Shown in pieces: positions 7,226 through 15,463 of a stretch of 32,000 nucleotides of DNA. The position numbers were made by a program, and so were the translations under genes. The stretch comes from Trichlorobacter lovleyi SZ (GTDB lineage Bacteria > Desulfobacterota > Desulfuromonadia > Geobacterales > Pseudopelobacteraceae): contig NC_010814.1 of assembly GCF_000020385.1 (NCBI RefSeq), positions 270,001 to 302,000 of the forward strand, in the 5' to 3' direction. Below the pieces are notes generated by a model, which saw only the letters and a list, made by a program, of their open reading frames with translations, was not told where the DNA came from and made no database searches. Every line of letters starts with the position of its first letter. Within the stretch, counting starts at the first letter, position 1.

Positions 7226-7527
7226 TCCCATGCGCCTTTAGCTTTCAGCACTTCATCTCTTCGGAGAGTTATAGATCCCCTATATTCAGGAATTAACTCA
7301 TATGGTGATACGGTGTAGAAATAAATGCTGGTACCCTCAGCATTCTCGAAATGTTCAAGGATGGCTCCCGGAAGAGCAACCTCATTCCCTTTGACTGTTA
7401 ATATAGCGCCGAAATCTTTGAGACTTACTTCTACGTCTGTATCACTCAAAGATTCAGGAACTGTAAAATCATCTTGCATCAAACATATGATGCCATCTGA
7501 AACAGGTATCAAACGTTCGACTATCAT
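7204..7527 (-). CDS. Hypothetical soluble acidic protein, last gene of the tra operon
   Basis: The ATG at 7527 follows GGGGGAGA and lies 3 nt after the traG stop (AGA TAG CCA ATG). 107 aa, no TM segment or signal peptide, no recognisable motif. Confidence 0.6.
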   Translation of the reverse strand: MIVERLIPVSDGIICLMQDDFTVPESLSDTDVEVSLKDFGAILTVKGNEVALPGAILEHFENAEGTSIYFYTVSPYELIPEYRGSITLRRDEVLKAKGAWDYFSRSP

Positions 7528-7530
7528 TGG

Positions 7531-10500
7531 CTATCTCCCCCTTCTAGCAGCTGGTGGCCCACCGGATTTTGGCAAATTGCTTGACTTGCTCTGGTGCTGC
7601 AGAATTTTTGATGTACGTTGGACTTCCTGTTGAACATCTCTGGCTTTATCTGCTTTTACCCTCTCTACAGACCTGACAACTTGGGCTTCTTCACGGACAG
7701 ATTCTTTCGCTGCACGTTCTCTTCTTTCCGCCATCTTTAAGTTTGGCCCTACGACTCCTTCTACATCTCTGACTACTCCCGCCGTCTCATGCAGCGCACC
7801 CTGCCCAACAGCAATCATAGTGGCAGCCGTGCCGGCATCAATTGATCGCCCATCAGTGAATTCCTGGGTAGCTGCACTCCCAGCAAGATTCTGCTTGGAT
7901 TCTACCCTCGTTCCAACCACCTGCGAATTCGAATAATCCGCCTTGACCCCGCCATCGGCACGGACACTCCCGGTAATTCCACCACCAGACCTGGTACTGA
8001 CAACCGCCGCTCCCTGTTGTGACGACTGAACAAACTGATCCTCTGTGATTTCGGAACGCTGCCCGGCAATAAGATTCCCGCTCTTGTCCATTTTGCCCTG
8101 AACCTGGGAGTAGTGCAGGTTGCCATCCTTGTCCTTGGCGTACATAAGGACATTACCATCAAGCCCGTTCGAGAATGAACCGCCGACTACCTCCATATTA
8201 CCGGTTTTCTCATTCTTGGCGTAATACCAGTCCCCATTGACCATCATCTGTTTGCCACCAGCCTGGATCATGTAGCTGCCGGACTTCCGCGAGACATTCA
8301 GGGACTGGTTTTCGTAGCCGGTCTTGATAAAATCACCAACTGTTTTGCGCAGCCCCTTGTCTGTGGTCGATACGTTCCGGTCCAGGCGCTCGATATCAGT
8401 TCCGCTCTTGCTCTGACCAAGATCGAACTTCTGCACCCGACCACCTTGATCAATAGCAAACGACGCGAGATTGCCGTTCCGGTCGTAATCTGCCTTGTAG
8501 TCGAAGGCCTGACCAGACAGTTTGGCGACATGGGCGGCGGCACTTTGGAATCCGGCAGCACGGAGTTGCTTTTGCATTTCAAGAGCCTGCTCCTTGTCTC
8601 CCTTGGCAACGGTACCTGAATTAGACGAATTGACTATCCCGCCATCCATGCCGACATTGACAGCGCTCTTGCCGTCAGATGTCGTGAAGTTGATGTTCTG
8701 CCCCTCCATCGCCTTCTGCACCTCGGCAAAGCCCCGTTCGGTCAGGTGGCCGTTCTGATACATCTCCGGATCGTTCTTGAGTTGCGGAGCAATCTTGCCT
8801 ACCATTTGATCCGCTGCTGCGTGGACCAGCTGATTGCGGGCGATCCTCCCTGAAACATCATTGCTGGTGAGCTGCTGGTAGTTCTCGTAGCCACCCCCTG
8901 CATAAATTCCCTGGATCTTGCCACCGGTTTCCGTTGCCAAAACATGACCAGCTTCTGTACCGGCAGCAACCGGTCCACCCATCTGATTTGAGAGGCCGGT
9001 TACCTCTGAAGCATGCTTGCTCTGTTGGAACTGTGCATTCATCTGCATGAGCTGTCCGGAAGAGATCCCGTATTTATCGGCAATCTTGTTTACCGCATCG
9101 GCATTGGCAAAATCCCCAAGGGCCGTTACCTCAGAACGCATGGCATGGAAATCTCGCCAGTTTCCGCTGAAACCCAATGACCTGGCAGCGGCATAAGCAC
9201 CCATCTCCCCCTGCAATTGTCCGACACTCTTATTCATGTTAGCAGTCAAGAAGTCAGAGTAGTTTTCACCGGAACCAAAGACATTTGCCAAGGCCCGGTC
9301 ATTGGCAACTCCCATCTTGGCAAAGGCGAGAGTGTTGCCACCATAACTGCCTGAAACAACATCCTTGGTTGCAGCAGACTTGTCGAGTCCTAACCGGCCA
9401 TCAAAGGATTTCAGCTCGTAGGCTGATGACAGACCACCTTCCCGCATGGCCCTGCCGCTACCACCGAAACCGATTGATCTGCCAATCTCGCTATCAGCAG
9501 ATATTCTGCTCGAAAAATCCATCCCGAAGTCCCGGATCATATCACTCGACGCAGTAGTCTTAGCCGACATCCCGACCAGCGATTGCGCCTGTCTCGCCTG
9601 GAAGCTGTGCTCGTTGCTCCATGCCTGCGTCGGCATGGCTGTCACGTTACGCTGCATGGCTGATGCTCTGCCGGCTGGATCTTCCACCTCATGTGCCGCC
9701 CGGGTACCTGCTGACTGCACCTGATTGACCATCCCCCCGGCCATCATTGCCATAGCGTGCCCGCCGAACCGAATCAACATCCCGGTAATAACTGTAGCCA
9801 GCATCATCCCACTCATCCGGAGTGTGCCGAACATCCCGAGGATCTTCACCGTTTGATCGGGGAAGAAGTAGAGCGCATCCATGCCGAGCTTGTTCTGCCG
9901 CACCATCTCATAGGCCCGATTGGCATAGTCCACGGCAAATTGGTGAACTATGGCATCAGTGACACCCCAGGCAGTGAGCCAAATGAAGAAGCCAGCGATG
10001 ATGCCCACGGCTTTGCTGATCAGTGGCGTGGGAATGAAGAGCGCAAGGAACGGCAACAAACCAACTGCAATGGCCGTGAGTGCCGCCTTCAGGATCGGCA
10101 GCCATTCGTTGGCTGATTTCATAGCCCCGGAGGCGTTGAGCAGGAACTGATAGTTGGTGGCACCGGATGCGTTGCCACTGCGGAAAATCTCCTCCAGCCT
10201 CTGGGAGACGTAGGCCTGTTTCAGAAAGTCATCAATGCTCGCTGCACCAAGACCAGTTCCAGTATTGACGTTATTCAGAACCGTCTTGCACTGAGTCAGA
10301 GCAGCGGCATCAGTAACATCGTAACCAAGATTGGCGCACACCGATTCAATATTCTTCCCCAAATTGGCCGGGGTAAGCGCTGCCTTGATGTTGGTCCAGG
10401 AGTCAGTACAGGTAAGCGCTTGGCCCTGCGGGTTGGCGGCATTGAAATATACCGTCCAGATGGCCGGGTTGACCGCCTTGTCCAGGGAGCCAACAAAGTT

Positions 10501-11148
10501 GGTGGTAGTCTTGCGCAATTCATCCACCGTAAGGTTGGCATTGGGATTCATCAGTGCGTAGGAAACGCAATCCTTGACGTATCTCCGCATAGAAGCGTCC
10601 AGATTGCTGTCCACTGCTGACAGGGGAATGCTGGTGAGTTGAGCGAGACCCAGGAATCCTTTCCCACCGGCCTGCGTCTGGTAATTAAGGGGATCTCCGG
10701 CAGTAGTTACGATATCCACCAGGCCCCGCTCGATCTTGTTCAGGATACCGGCCACTGCCACAACGCCGTCAGGTATTCCGCCTACCGCCTGGTTCTTATT
10801 GAAGACCGGATCATAGACATGGATAGTCCCTTTGGGGACGACCAAGGCGAGATAGACCATGACGCCGATCAAAGTCGGCACGATCCAGGTCATGACGGAG
10901 CCGTTGGCTGTTCCCAGAGACTTTGCAAAGACCGTCACCCCGCCAAAGAAGAGCCCGGCGGTGATGACCACGAAATAGAGCGACTTGTAGGCGTTGTCGC
11001 CGAAGATCAGTGCCAGCTTACCGAAGGCATTCACGACGGCATCGTGGCCTCCCCAGACGTAGAACTCCATGTCCAGAGCCAAAGCCATGGTTGGGATGAG
11101 CACCAAGAGTGCCGTAAGAACGAGCCTAGATACTGTCCGTATCGACAT
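7531..11148 (-). CDS. traG: F-type conjugative mating-pair stabilisation / pilus assembly protein TraG
   Basis: 1205 aa with AGGAG upstream of the ATG. The N-terminal ~480 aa is polytopic membrane (ALDMEFYVWGGHDAVVNAFGKLALIFG..., several TM helices), as in the TraG_N domain of F TraG. It is followed by a long G/S/A/N/Q-rich periplasmic region. It occupies the terminal position of the operon, as in F-like systems. Confidence 0.88.
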   Translation of the reverse strand: MSIRTVSRLVLTALLVLIPTMALALDMEFYVWGGHDAVVNAFGKLALIFGDNAYKSLYFVVITAGLFFGGVTVFAKSLGTANGSVMTWIVPTLIGVMVYLALVVPKGTIHVYDPVFNKNQAVGGIPDGVVAVAGILNKIERGLVDIVTTAGDPLNYQTQAGGKGFLGLAQLTSIPLSAVDSNLDASMRRYVKDCVSYALMNPNANLTVDELRKTTTNFVGSLDKAVNPAIWTVYFNAANPQGQALTCTDSWTNIKAALTPANLGKNIESVCANLGYDVTDAAALTQCKTVLNNVNTGTGLGAASIDDFLKQAYVSQRLEEIFRSGNASGATNYQFLLNASGAMKSANEWLPILKAALTAIAVGLLPFLALFIPTPLISKAVGIIAGFFIWLTAWGVTDAIVHQFAVDYANRAYEMVRQNKLGMDALYFFPDQTVKILGMFGTLRMSGMMLATVITGMLIRFGGHAMAMMAGGMVNQVQSAGTRAAHEVEDPAGRASAMQRNVTAMPTQAWSNEHSFQARQAQSLVGMSAKTTASSDMIRDFGMDFSSRISADSEIGRSIGFGGSGRAMREGGLSSAYELKSFDGRLGLDKSAATKDVVSGSYGGNTLAFAKMGVANDRALANVFGSGENYSDFLTANMNKSVGQLQGEMGAYAAARSLGFSGNWRDFHAMRSEVTALGDFANADAVNKIADKYGISSGQLMQMNAQFQQSKHASEVTGLSNQMGGPVAAGTEAGHVLATETGGKIQGIYAGGGYENYQQLTSNDVSGRIARNQLVHAAADQMVGKIAPQLKNDPEMYQNGHLTERGFAEVQKAMEGQNINFTTSDGKSAVNVGMDGGIVNSSNSGTVAKGDKEQALEMQKQLRAAGFQSAAAHVAKLSGQAFDYKADYDRNGNLASFAIDQGGRVQKFDLGQSKSGTDIERLDRNVSTTDKGLRKTVGDFIKTGYENQSLNVSRKSGSYMIQAGGKQMMVNGDWYYAKNEKTGNMEVVGGSFSNGLDGNVLMYAKDKDGNLHYSQVQGKMDKSGNLIAGQRSEITEDQFVQSSQQGAAVVSTRSGGGITGSVRADGGVKADYSNSQVVGTRVESKQNLAGSAATQEFTDGRSIDAGTAATMIAVGQGALHETAGVVRDVEGVVGPNLKMAERRERAAKESVREEAQVVRSVERVKADKARDVQQEVQRTSKILQHQSKSSNLPKSGGPPAARRGR

Positions 11149-11866
11149 GTACTACTCCTGCATCAATCAGTTTAAGGTTACGCCTCCATGCGAACAGCAT
11201 GGCGATAATGGGAATGATGATGAACACCGCCGTGGAAATCAGGACAAAGTAGGCTGAAATGAGGAAGATCCCCTTGAATCCCTGGACCCAGTTATATATC
11301 GAGTAAACGGTGCTTTGAGAGGTCTTGGTGTAGTAGAGCTTGGTCACTGCCCACACCACGTTATTGTCTGTGAAAATTTTGAAATAAAGGAAATGGAAGG
11401 CAATGAAGGCCACAACCGCCTTGACGATGGCCCCGAAGATCATTCCGCCCAGGAGGTTTAGCACCATGGCACGTGTGTACTCGCCGATGAAGCACGTGGA
11501 TGCCTTTGCCATGAAGATGGCATAACCCAAAGAGAACCCCAGCGCCAACAGGAAGGCGCTGAACTTGTCAAAGAAGGTCGGCGACGGGTCACCGAACATG
11601 GGGATGTACTGTTCGATCACCCCTATGGCAACAGGAGTCAGGAATGCCGAAACAATTCCCGAGGCAAAGGAACTCCTGAATCCCACTTCCATGAATTCAA
11701 GCCTCTGCTTGGTAGTCAGGAAGCGGGACTTGATCATGCAGCCTCCCAGTTCGTTGGCGAAGTTCTGATCGATGTACGAAATTGCCTCCAGGAGTCCTCG
11801 CGGGTGGATCTCATTGCTTGGCGGTACCGGCATGATATCCGGAGTGCTGTTACTATCCTTCGACAC
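11126..11866 (-). CDS. Polytopic inner-membrane protein, unknown function
   Basis: The GTG at 11866 follows AGGAGAG. 246 aa with ~5 hydrophobic helices (e.g. FLISAYFVLISTAVFIIIPIIAMLF). Its 3' end overlaps the traG start by 23 nt. Confidence 0.72.
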   Translation of the reverse strand: MSKDSNSTPDIMPVPPSNEIHPRGLLEAISYIDQNFANELGGCMIKSRFLTTKQRLEFMEVGFRSSFASGIVSAFLTPVAIGVIEQYIPMFGDPSPTFFDKFSAFLLALGFSLGYAIFMAKASTCFIGEYTRAMVLNLLGGMIFGAIVKAVVAFIAFHFLYFKIFTDNNVVWAVTKLYYTKTSQSTVYSIYNWVQGFKGIFLISAYFVLISTAVFIIIPIIAMLFAWRRNLKLIDAGVVHVDTDSI

Positions 11867-11874
11867 GTTCTCTC

Positions 11875-12126
11875 CTATCCAGTGAACGATCTGATCAGGT
11901 TCATGATCCCGCCGCCATAGGCGACGATTGCCGCCAGCAGCAGGCAGATGGCAGCCAGGGTAGGATTACGCTGTCGGACTCCTACCCAGAAGGCCGAGAC
12001 CACAAGGGCAACGAAGAAGAAACGCCCCCAGAAACCGTAGAGCAGCGTCGCGAAGAGTTTCTGCCAGAAGCCGGTATACGCAGCCTGCCCCATATAATGC
12101 AGGGGATTGAGTTTCTCAATGGGCAC
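11875..12126 (-). CDS. Small two-TM membrane protein (VirB2/TrbC-pilin-like or TraQ-like)
   Basis: Track ORF 11875..12258 overlaps the peptidase gene by >100 nt. The GTG at 12126 follows GAGGA and lies just after the peptidase stop (TTTTGAGAGGAATTCC-GTG). The product is VPIEKLNPLHYMGQAAY...FFFVALVVSAFWVGV-RQRNPT-LAAICLLLAAIVAYGGGIMNLIRSFTG, i.e. two hydrophobic helices joined by a short basic loop. Confidence 0.55.
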   Translation of the reverse strand: MPIEKLNPLHYMGQAAYTGFWQKLFATLLYGFWGRFFFVALVVSAFWVGVRQRNPTLAAICLLLAAIVAYGGGIMNLIRSFTG

Positions 12127-12136
12127 GGAATTCCTC

Positions 12137-12649
12137 TCAAAAGATCGGGTAGGCTTTCGCCAGGATGCGGTTCTTTTCCACGAAACCGAAATAGCGGGAG
12201 TCGTAGCTGTCCTTGTGCTGTCCCATGACGAACATGACTCCCTTGGGGATTTGACCATTGAAGACGAAGTGCTGCAGCGGCTCCCCCTTCAGTGAGATGT
12301 CTTTGGCACGTACCAAATACTCGCCGTTACAGTAGAACTTCTTCTCTGCATCGACGGTGAGCTGATCACCTTCGTTGCAGCCGATGACCTTCAGCATCTC
12401 CTCCGACTTTTTCATGCCAACCTTGGCCGAAAATTCCTTATGGTGAAACAGTACGTAATCACCTCTCACCACCTTGTCCGGGTTACGCGTGAGCCAGTAG
12501 ATCCGGTGCTTGAGAGAAGGCGTGAGAGTGACACTGAACTTGTAGGGGATCAGGGTTCCCGCAACTATCAGGCAAGTGATAGCCAGCCAGAGCCGCCAGT
12601 TATGGAAATCAAGGTCTAACGGTTTCGGCATTGCGTACCACCGCGTCAC
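12137..12649 (-). CDS. traF: Conjugative-transfer signal peptidase, S26 family (TraF/TrhF type)
   Basis: N-terminal TM anchor (WRLWLAITCLIVAGTL). Motifs: Ser TLTPSLKHRIYW, Lys MLKVIGCNEGD, and the family signature GQHKDSYDSRYFGFV (SxDSRYFG), as in RP4 TraF / LepB-like peptidases. The start is uncertain: GTG at 12649 or ATG at 12634. Confidence 0.85.
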   Translation of the reverse strand: MTRWYAMPKPLDLDFHNWRLWLAITCLIVAGTLIPYKFSVTLTPSLKHRIYWLTRNPDKVVRGDYVLFHHKEFSAKVGMKKSEEMLKVIGCNEGDQLTVDAEKKFYCNGEYLVRAKDISLKGEPLQHFVFNGQIPKGVMFVMGQHKDSYDSRYFGFVEKNRILAKAYPIF

Positions 12650-13001
12650 CCATGATGATCACCCGGTTCTTTGGAATTGCCGTGATGACGTTTTCCAGCC
12701 GGTCGAAACTCTTCTTCAATTCATCATCATTCAGTTTGCCGGCCAGATAGTTGTCCCGCTGCTGAGCGATGTACCCCTTGATATCGACGGCAACTACCTT
12801 CTGGGCGAACCATCGGTCATAGCCAACTATGGTGGACAAAGATGCTCCTACAGAGACCGCCACACAGATCGCTATCATGGAAACAAGACTTGGATGCTGT
12901 TTTGGATGCTGTTTGGGATACTCTTTGGGTACCGAAACAGCATCCTTGTTGCTTTCCGATTCCTGAGAGACGTTAATCTTTATGTTGGTTTCATCATTCA
13001 T
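12609..13001 (-). CDS. trbI: TrbI-like F-type transfer protein (bitopic membrane protein)
   Basis: 130 aa with a single TM helix (LVSMIAICVAVSVGASL). The remainder resembles my recollection of F TrbI: VVAVDIKGYIAQQ matches VAFNMKQTVDAF, and NRVIIMGDAVV matches AVILVSPAVV. Size and operon position fit. Confidence 0.5.
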   Translation of the reverse strand: MNDETNIKINVSQESESNKDAVSVPKEYPKQHPKQHPSLVSMIAICVAVSVGASLSTIVGYDRWFAQKVVAVDIKGYIAQQRDNYLAGKLNDDELKKSFDRLENVITAIPKNRVIIMGDAVVRNAETVRP

Positions 13002-13024
13002 GCGTAAGTTCCCTCTTTCCTTAT

Positions 13025-14011
13025 TCAGTTTTTGTTTGCAGGAGTGGAAAGCAAAGCGGCCAGAGACTGCGATCCTGTTTCCCTCTGGATCTGATCAAGT
13101 AGATATTCCAGGCGGGCATCACCGTATGCCGTATGGTAATCCGCAATAGTGGCGTTCTTGGCATCTCCCTCACTCAAGCCGGCATCCTCAGCTTTGAGCC
13201 CCCGGGCATAGACCACGGCTGGAACCCGGTCAATCTGGTACCGCCGGAACAACAGGGGATCTACTGCAAGGCTTGTCGGTATCATCTCGCATTCTCCTTC
13301 CTGTGGGCGGCACGACTGGTCACGCTGCAGTACTGAGGCGATGAAGCTGATGGTCGGCTGGATTTTCGTCATCCCATCTACGAACCCGCGCATGACCAGG
13401 GTGACGTTCGGGTCTCCCAGGCGGGACACAGAAGCGGCATAGTTCCTGATCGTCTGGAGCGGCATGGCCGAGGAAACGAAAACATAGATGCGCTCGGAGT
13501 TGGTGAGTTTTCCTTTGCTTTCTTTTTTGGCCTTATCTGCGTAGTAGCCGGTGACCTTATCCCCAAAGACTTCTGTCTTGATTCGTTCTGTCTCACTCAA
13601 TACGCGCAACTGAAATTCATCAGAGTGGTAGTAGGAATCAAGCGTTCCGGCCAAATCAGACATTTCGCGGTCATTGCGGCTTTTGGGAATTGCCAATCGC
13701 TCTGCAAGTTGGTCGGCTTTGGCCAGGGTATTGGCAAGATCCGGCACACTCATTCCTTCCACGTCTGTCTCCTTCCACACGGTTCCATTCACAACAACCT
13801 TCACCTTTTTAAGCTTTGTCTGGATGAAGGCTCTGCCGGGTTTACCGTTACACGTGCCCACTTTATTGAGATAAACCGTATCCTCGACGATCCTGTCCAC
13901 GATGCAGCAGGTATCGGGGGTAGTGATATATCCAGGATTACCGGCAGCAGATACAGCCCAGGGTGCAGCGATAAATAAACAGGACATCAATTGAGTGCAT
14001 AGCCGACGCAA
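13025..14011 (-). CDS. trbC: F-type pilus assembly protein TrbC with ~150-aa N-terminal extension
   Basis: The TTG at 14011 follows a strong SD (AAGGAGGG). It has a signal peptide. The C-terminal half matches F TrbC blocks: RIYVFVSSAMPLQTIRNY...VTLVMRGFVDG (F: ALYFVSFSIPEEGLKRML...ATLRGMVNN) and LAVDPLLFRRYQIDRVPAVVY (F: VQIDPTLFSQYGIRSVPALVV). Confidence 0.8.
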   Translation of the reverse strand: MRRLCTQLMSCLFIAAPWAVSAAGNPGYITTPDTCCIVDRIVEDTVYLNKVGTCNGKPGRAFIQTKLKKVKVVVNGTVWKETDVEGMSVPDLANTLAKADQLAERLAIPKSRNDREMSDLAGTLDSYYHSDEFQLRVLSETERIKTEVFGDKVTGYYADKAKKESKGKLTNSERIYVFVSSAMPLQTIRNYAASVSRLGDPNVTLVMRGFVDGMTKIQPTISFIASVLQRDQSCRPQEGECEMIPTSLAVDPLLFRRYQIDRVPAVVYARGLKAEDAGLSEGDAKNATIADYHTAYGDARLEYLLDQIQRETGSQSLAALLSTPANKN

Positions 14012-15015
14012 CAGACCCTCCTTCGTGTCAGTGACCAGAGAAAATTATCCGGTGAGGTGTTGGTTGTGCCGAAGGGTGGATTCTTCGCAGCCCCCCAAAT
14101 CAGTGACGGCCTGCCAATGGGTATGCAGTCGTTGCCACGTACCGGTCTAGCTATCTGGAGACGGTAATTACTTTTGACGAGAATCGGTGTCACGACTCCG
14201 GCACTGGCGCACTGGTTGATGCCGGTATCATAGAGGAGTGTTTCACGACCGAGCTTGAACAGCATCCGGGCCGCCAGACCAGCATTCACGTTGAGGGGAT
14301 TATTCTCGATCATACTCCCTGACAGGGGATAGAAAGAGCCCCAGCTCCCCATGCACCAGAACAGGGGATCAATCGGATACGTCACAGTTGCCGCTACACT
14401 GTCGGCAACGCACGCCAACTGCGAAACCGGATTACCGAACAGGAGCGCCTCCGGGTTGATGATGAACGACAGACTGTCATCGTTCCACATGGGATCAACT
14501 TCCGTCATATAGGCCAGGTCGAACGCCCGGTTCTCCGCGCAGGGAAAATCCATGAACAGTTTCAGGATCGACCAGGCTGGGAAGTAGAAGTAATGGGCCT
14601 GCTGGAAGGCGAAGTCCGAATCGCCGTACTCCTTGCTCCGATTCTCACCAGAAGAGAAGCCGGGCTTCGGATTGGTCATGCCGGTGCCCATGACCGGGAA
14701 ACAGAACGGGTCCTTGACCGTTTCGATCAGACGGGCATGCTCCCAGAAAGCCGTAGAGACCCCAAGGATCAAAATCCCTTTGCTGTCCGGACAGGCACAG
14801 ACCGGTGAAGTGACGTTGCCGGGAGCCGGTTCGGCGCCATTGCCGTAGGAGACGCTCCCCATCTTCACCGGGAACATGCACTGCCAGCAAATATCGGTCA
14901 CCGGGTTGAGCACCTTACCCTTGCAGGCACCGCCTGCCCCGTAGGCAACCGGTACTGTTAGAAAGAGCGTGACCAATGCGATGATAGTTATGTTATTGCT
15001 CAGGTTCATCCTCAT
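13987..15015 (-). CDS. traU: F-type conjugal transfer protein TraU
   Basis: 342 aa with a signal peptide. Hallmark block GKVLNPVTDICWQCMFPVKMG (F TraU: GRFVNPITDICWSCIFPLSLG). Cys-rich throughout, as in TraU. Confidence 0.92.
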   Translation of the reverse strand: MRMNLSNNITIIALVTLFLTVPVAYGAGGACKGKVLNPVTDICWQCMFPVKMGSVSYGNGAEPAPGNVTSPVCACPDSKGILILGVSTAFWEHARLIETVKDPFCFPVMGTGMTNPKPGFSSGENRSKEYGDSDFAFQQAHYFYFPAWSILKLFMDFPCAENRAFDLAYMTEVDPMWNDDSLSFIINPEALLFGNPVSQLACVADSVAATVTYPIDPLFWCMGSWGSFYPLSGSMIENNPLNVNAGLAARMLFKLGRETLLYDTGINQCASAGVVTPILVKSNYRLQIARPVRGNDCIPIGRPSLIWGAAKNPPFGTTNTSPDNFLWSLTRRRVCCVGYALN

Positions 15016-15463
15016 ACCGCACCTTGAATTCGGACCCTTCGTCCGTGATTATGATGGCAGCTCCGTTGCTTCCGGTCTGATATCGACCGACAGATCCTTT
15101 GCCACTATTTGAACTGCCATTGGCCTGTAGTTGCTCTGGCGAAACAGCACCCCAGTCGTGGGCACGGAATCTACTCTGCACTGCCAGCAACTCTTCCATG
15201 AATTTCCCGTTACTGCTGAAGTCATCCATAACTTTTCGCGACAGGACAAATTGCTTACCTCTATCTGTATCTGAAGATTCCGAGGACTTGCTGGTGACAG
15301 CCCTCCCTGCTTTGGCAACCCAGTTGACCGGTGCCAGAATGAGTGCTGCCACGGACGGTAGCCGAGTCGTTTCTTCTACGTTTGTCCAGGATTCGTGTGA
15401 GCAGCCGACGCAAAGCGTCATGACGCCAGCTATACAGAGTGATTGAGCAATAAGTGAATTCAT
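14993..15463 (-). CDS. Lipoprotein of unknown function inserted between traW and traU
   Basis: Lipobox-like MTLCVGC-S. Its ATG overlaps the traW stop (ATGA). C-terminal block: HDWGAVSPEQLQANGSS...GRYQTGSNGAAIIITDEGS (see findings). Confidence 0.75.
   Translation of the reverse strand: MNSLIAQSLCIAGVMTLCVGCSHESWTNVEETTRLPSVAALILAPVNWVAKAGRAVTSKSSESSDTDRGKQFVLSRKVMDDFSSNGKFMEELLAVQSRFRAHDWGAVSPEQLQANGSSNSGKGSVGRYQTGSNGAAIIITDEGSEFKVRYEDEPEQ

Noticed and set aside
10639-11175. 178-aa plus-strand ORF, and the other plus-strand ORFs over 60 aa between 7.5 and 29.2 kb
   Set aside because: All lie antisense to well-supported tra genes, lack SD sequences and recognisable motifs, and are what a GC-rich coding strand is expected to produce.
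12127-12258. Long version (127 aa) of the small membrane-protein ORF
   Set aside because: The extension overlaps the peptidase gene out of frame and is hydrophilic junk (SPRESCSSWDSTRTATT). The GTG at 12126 has an SD.
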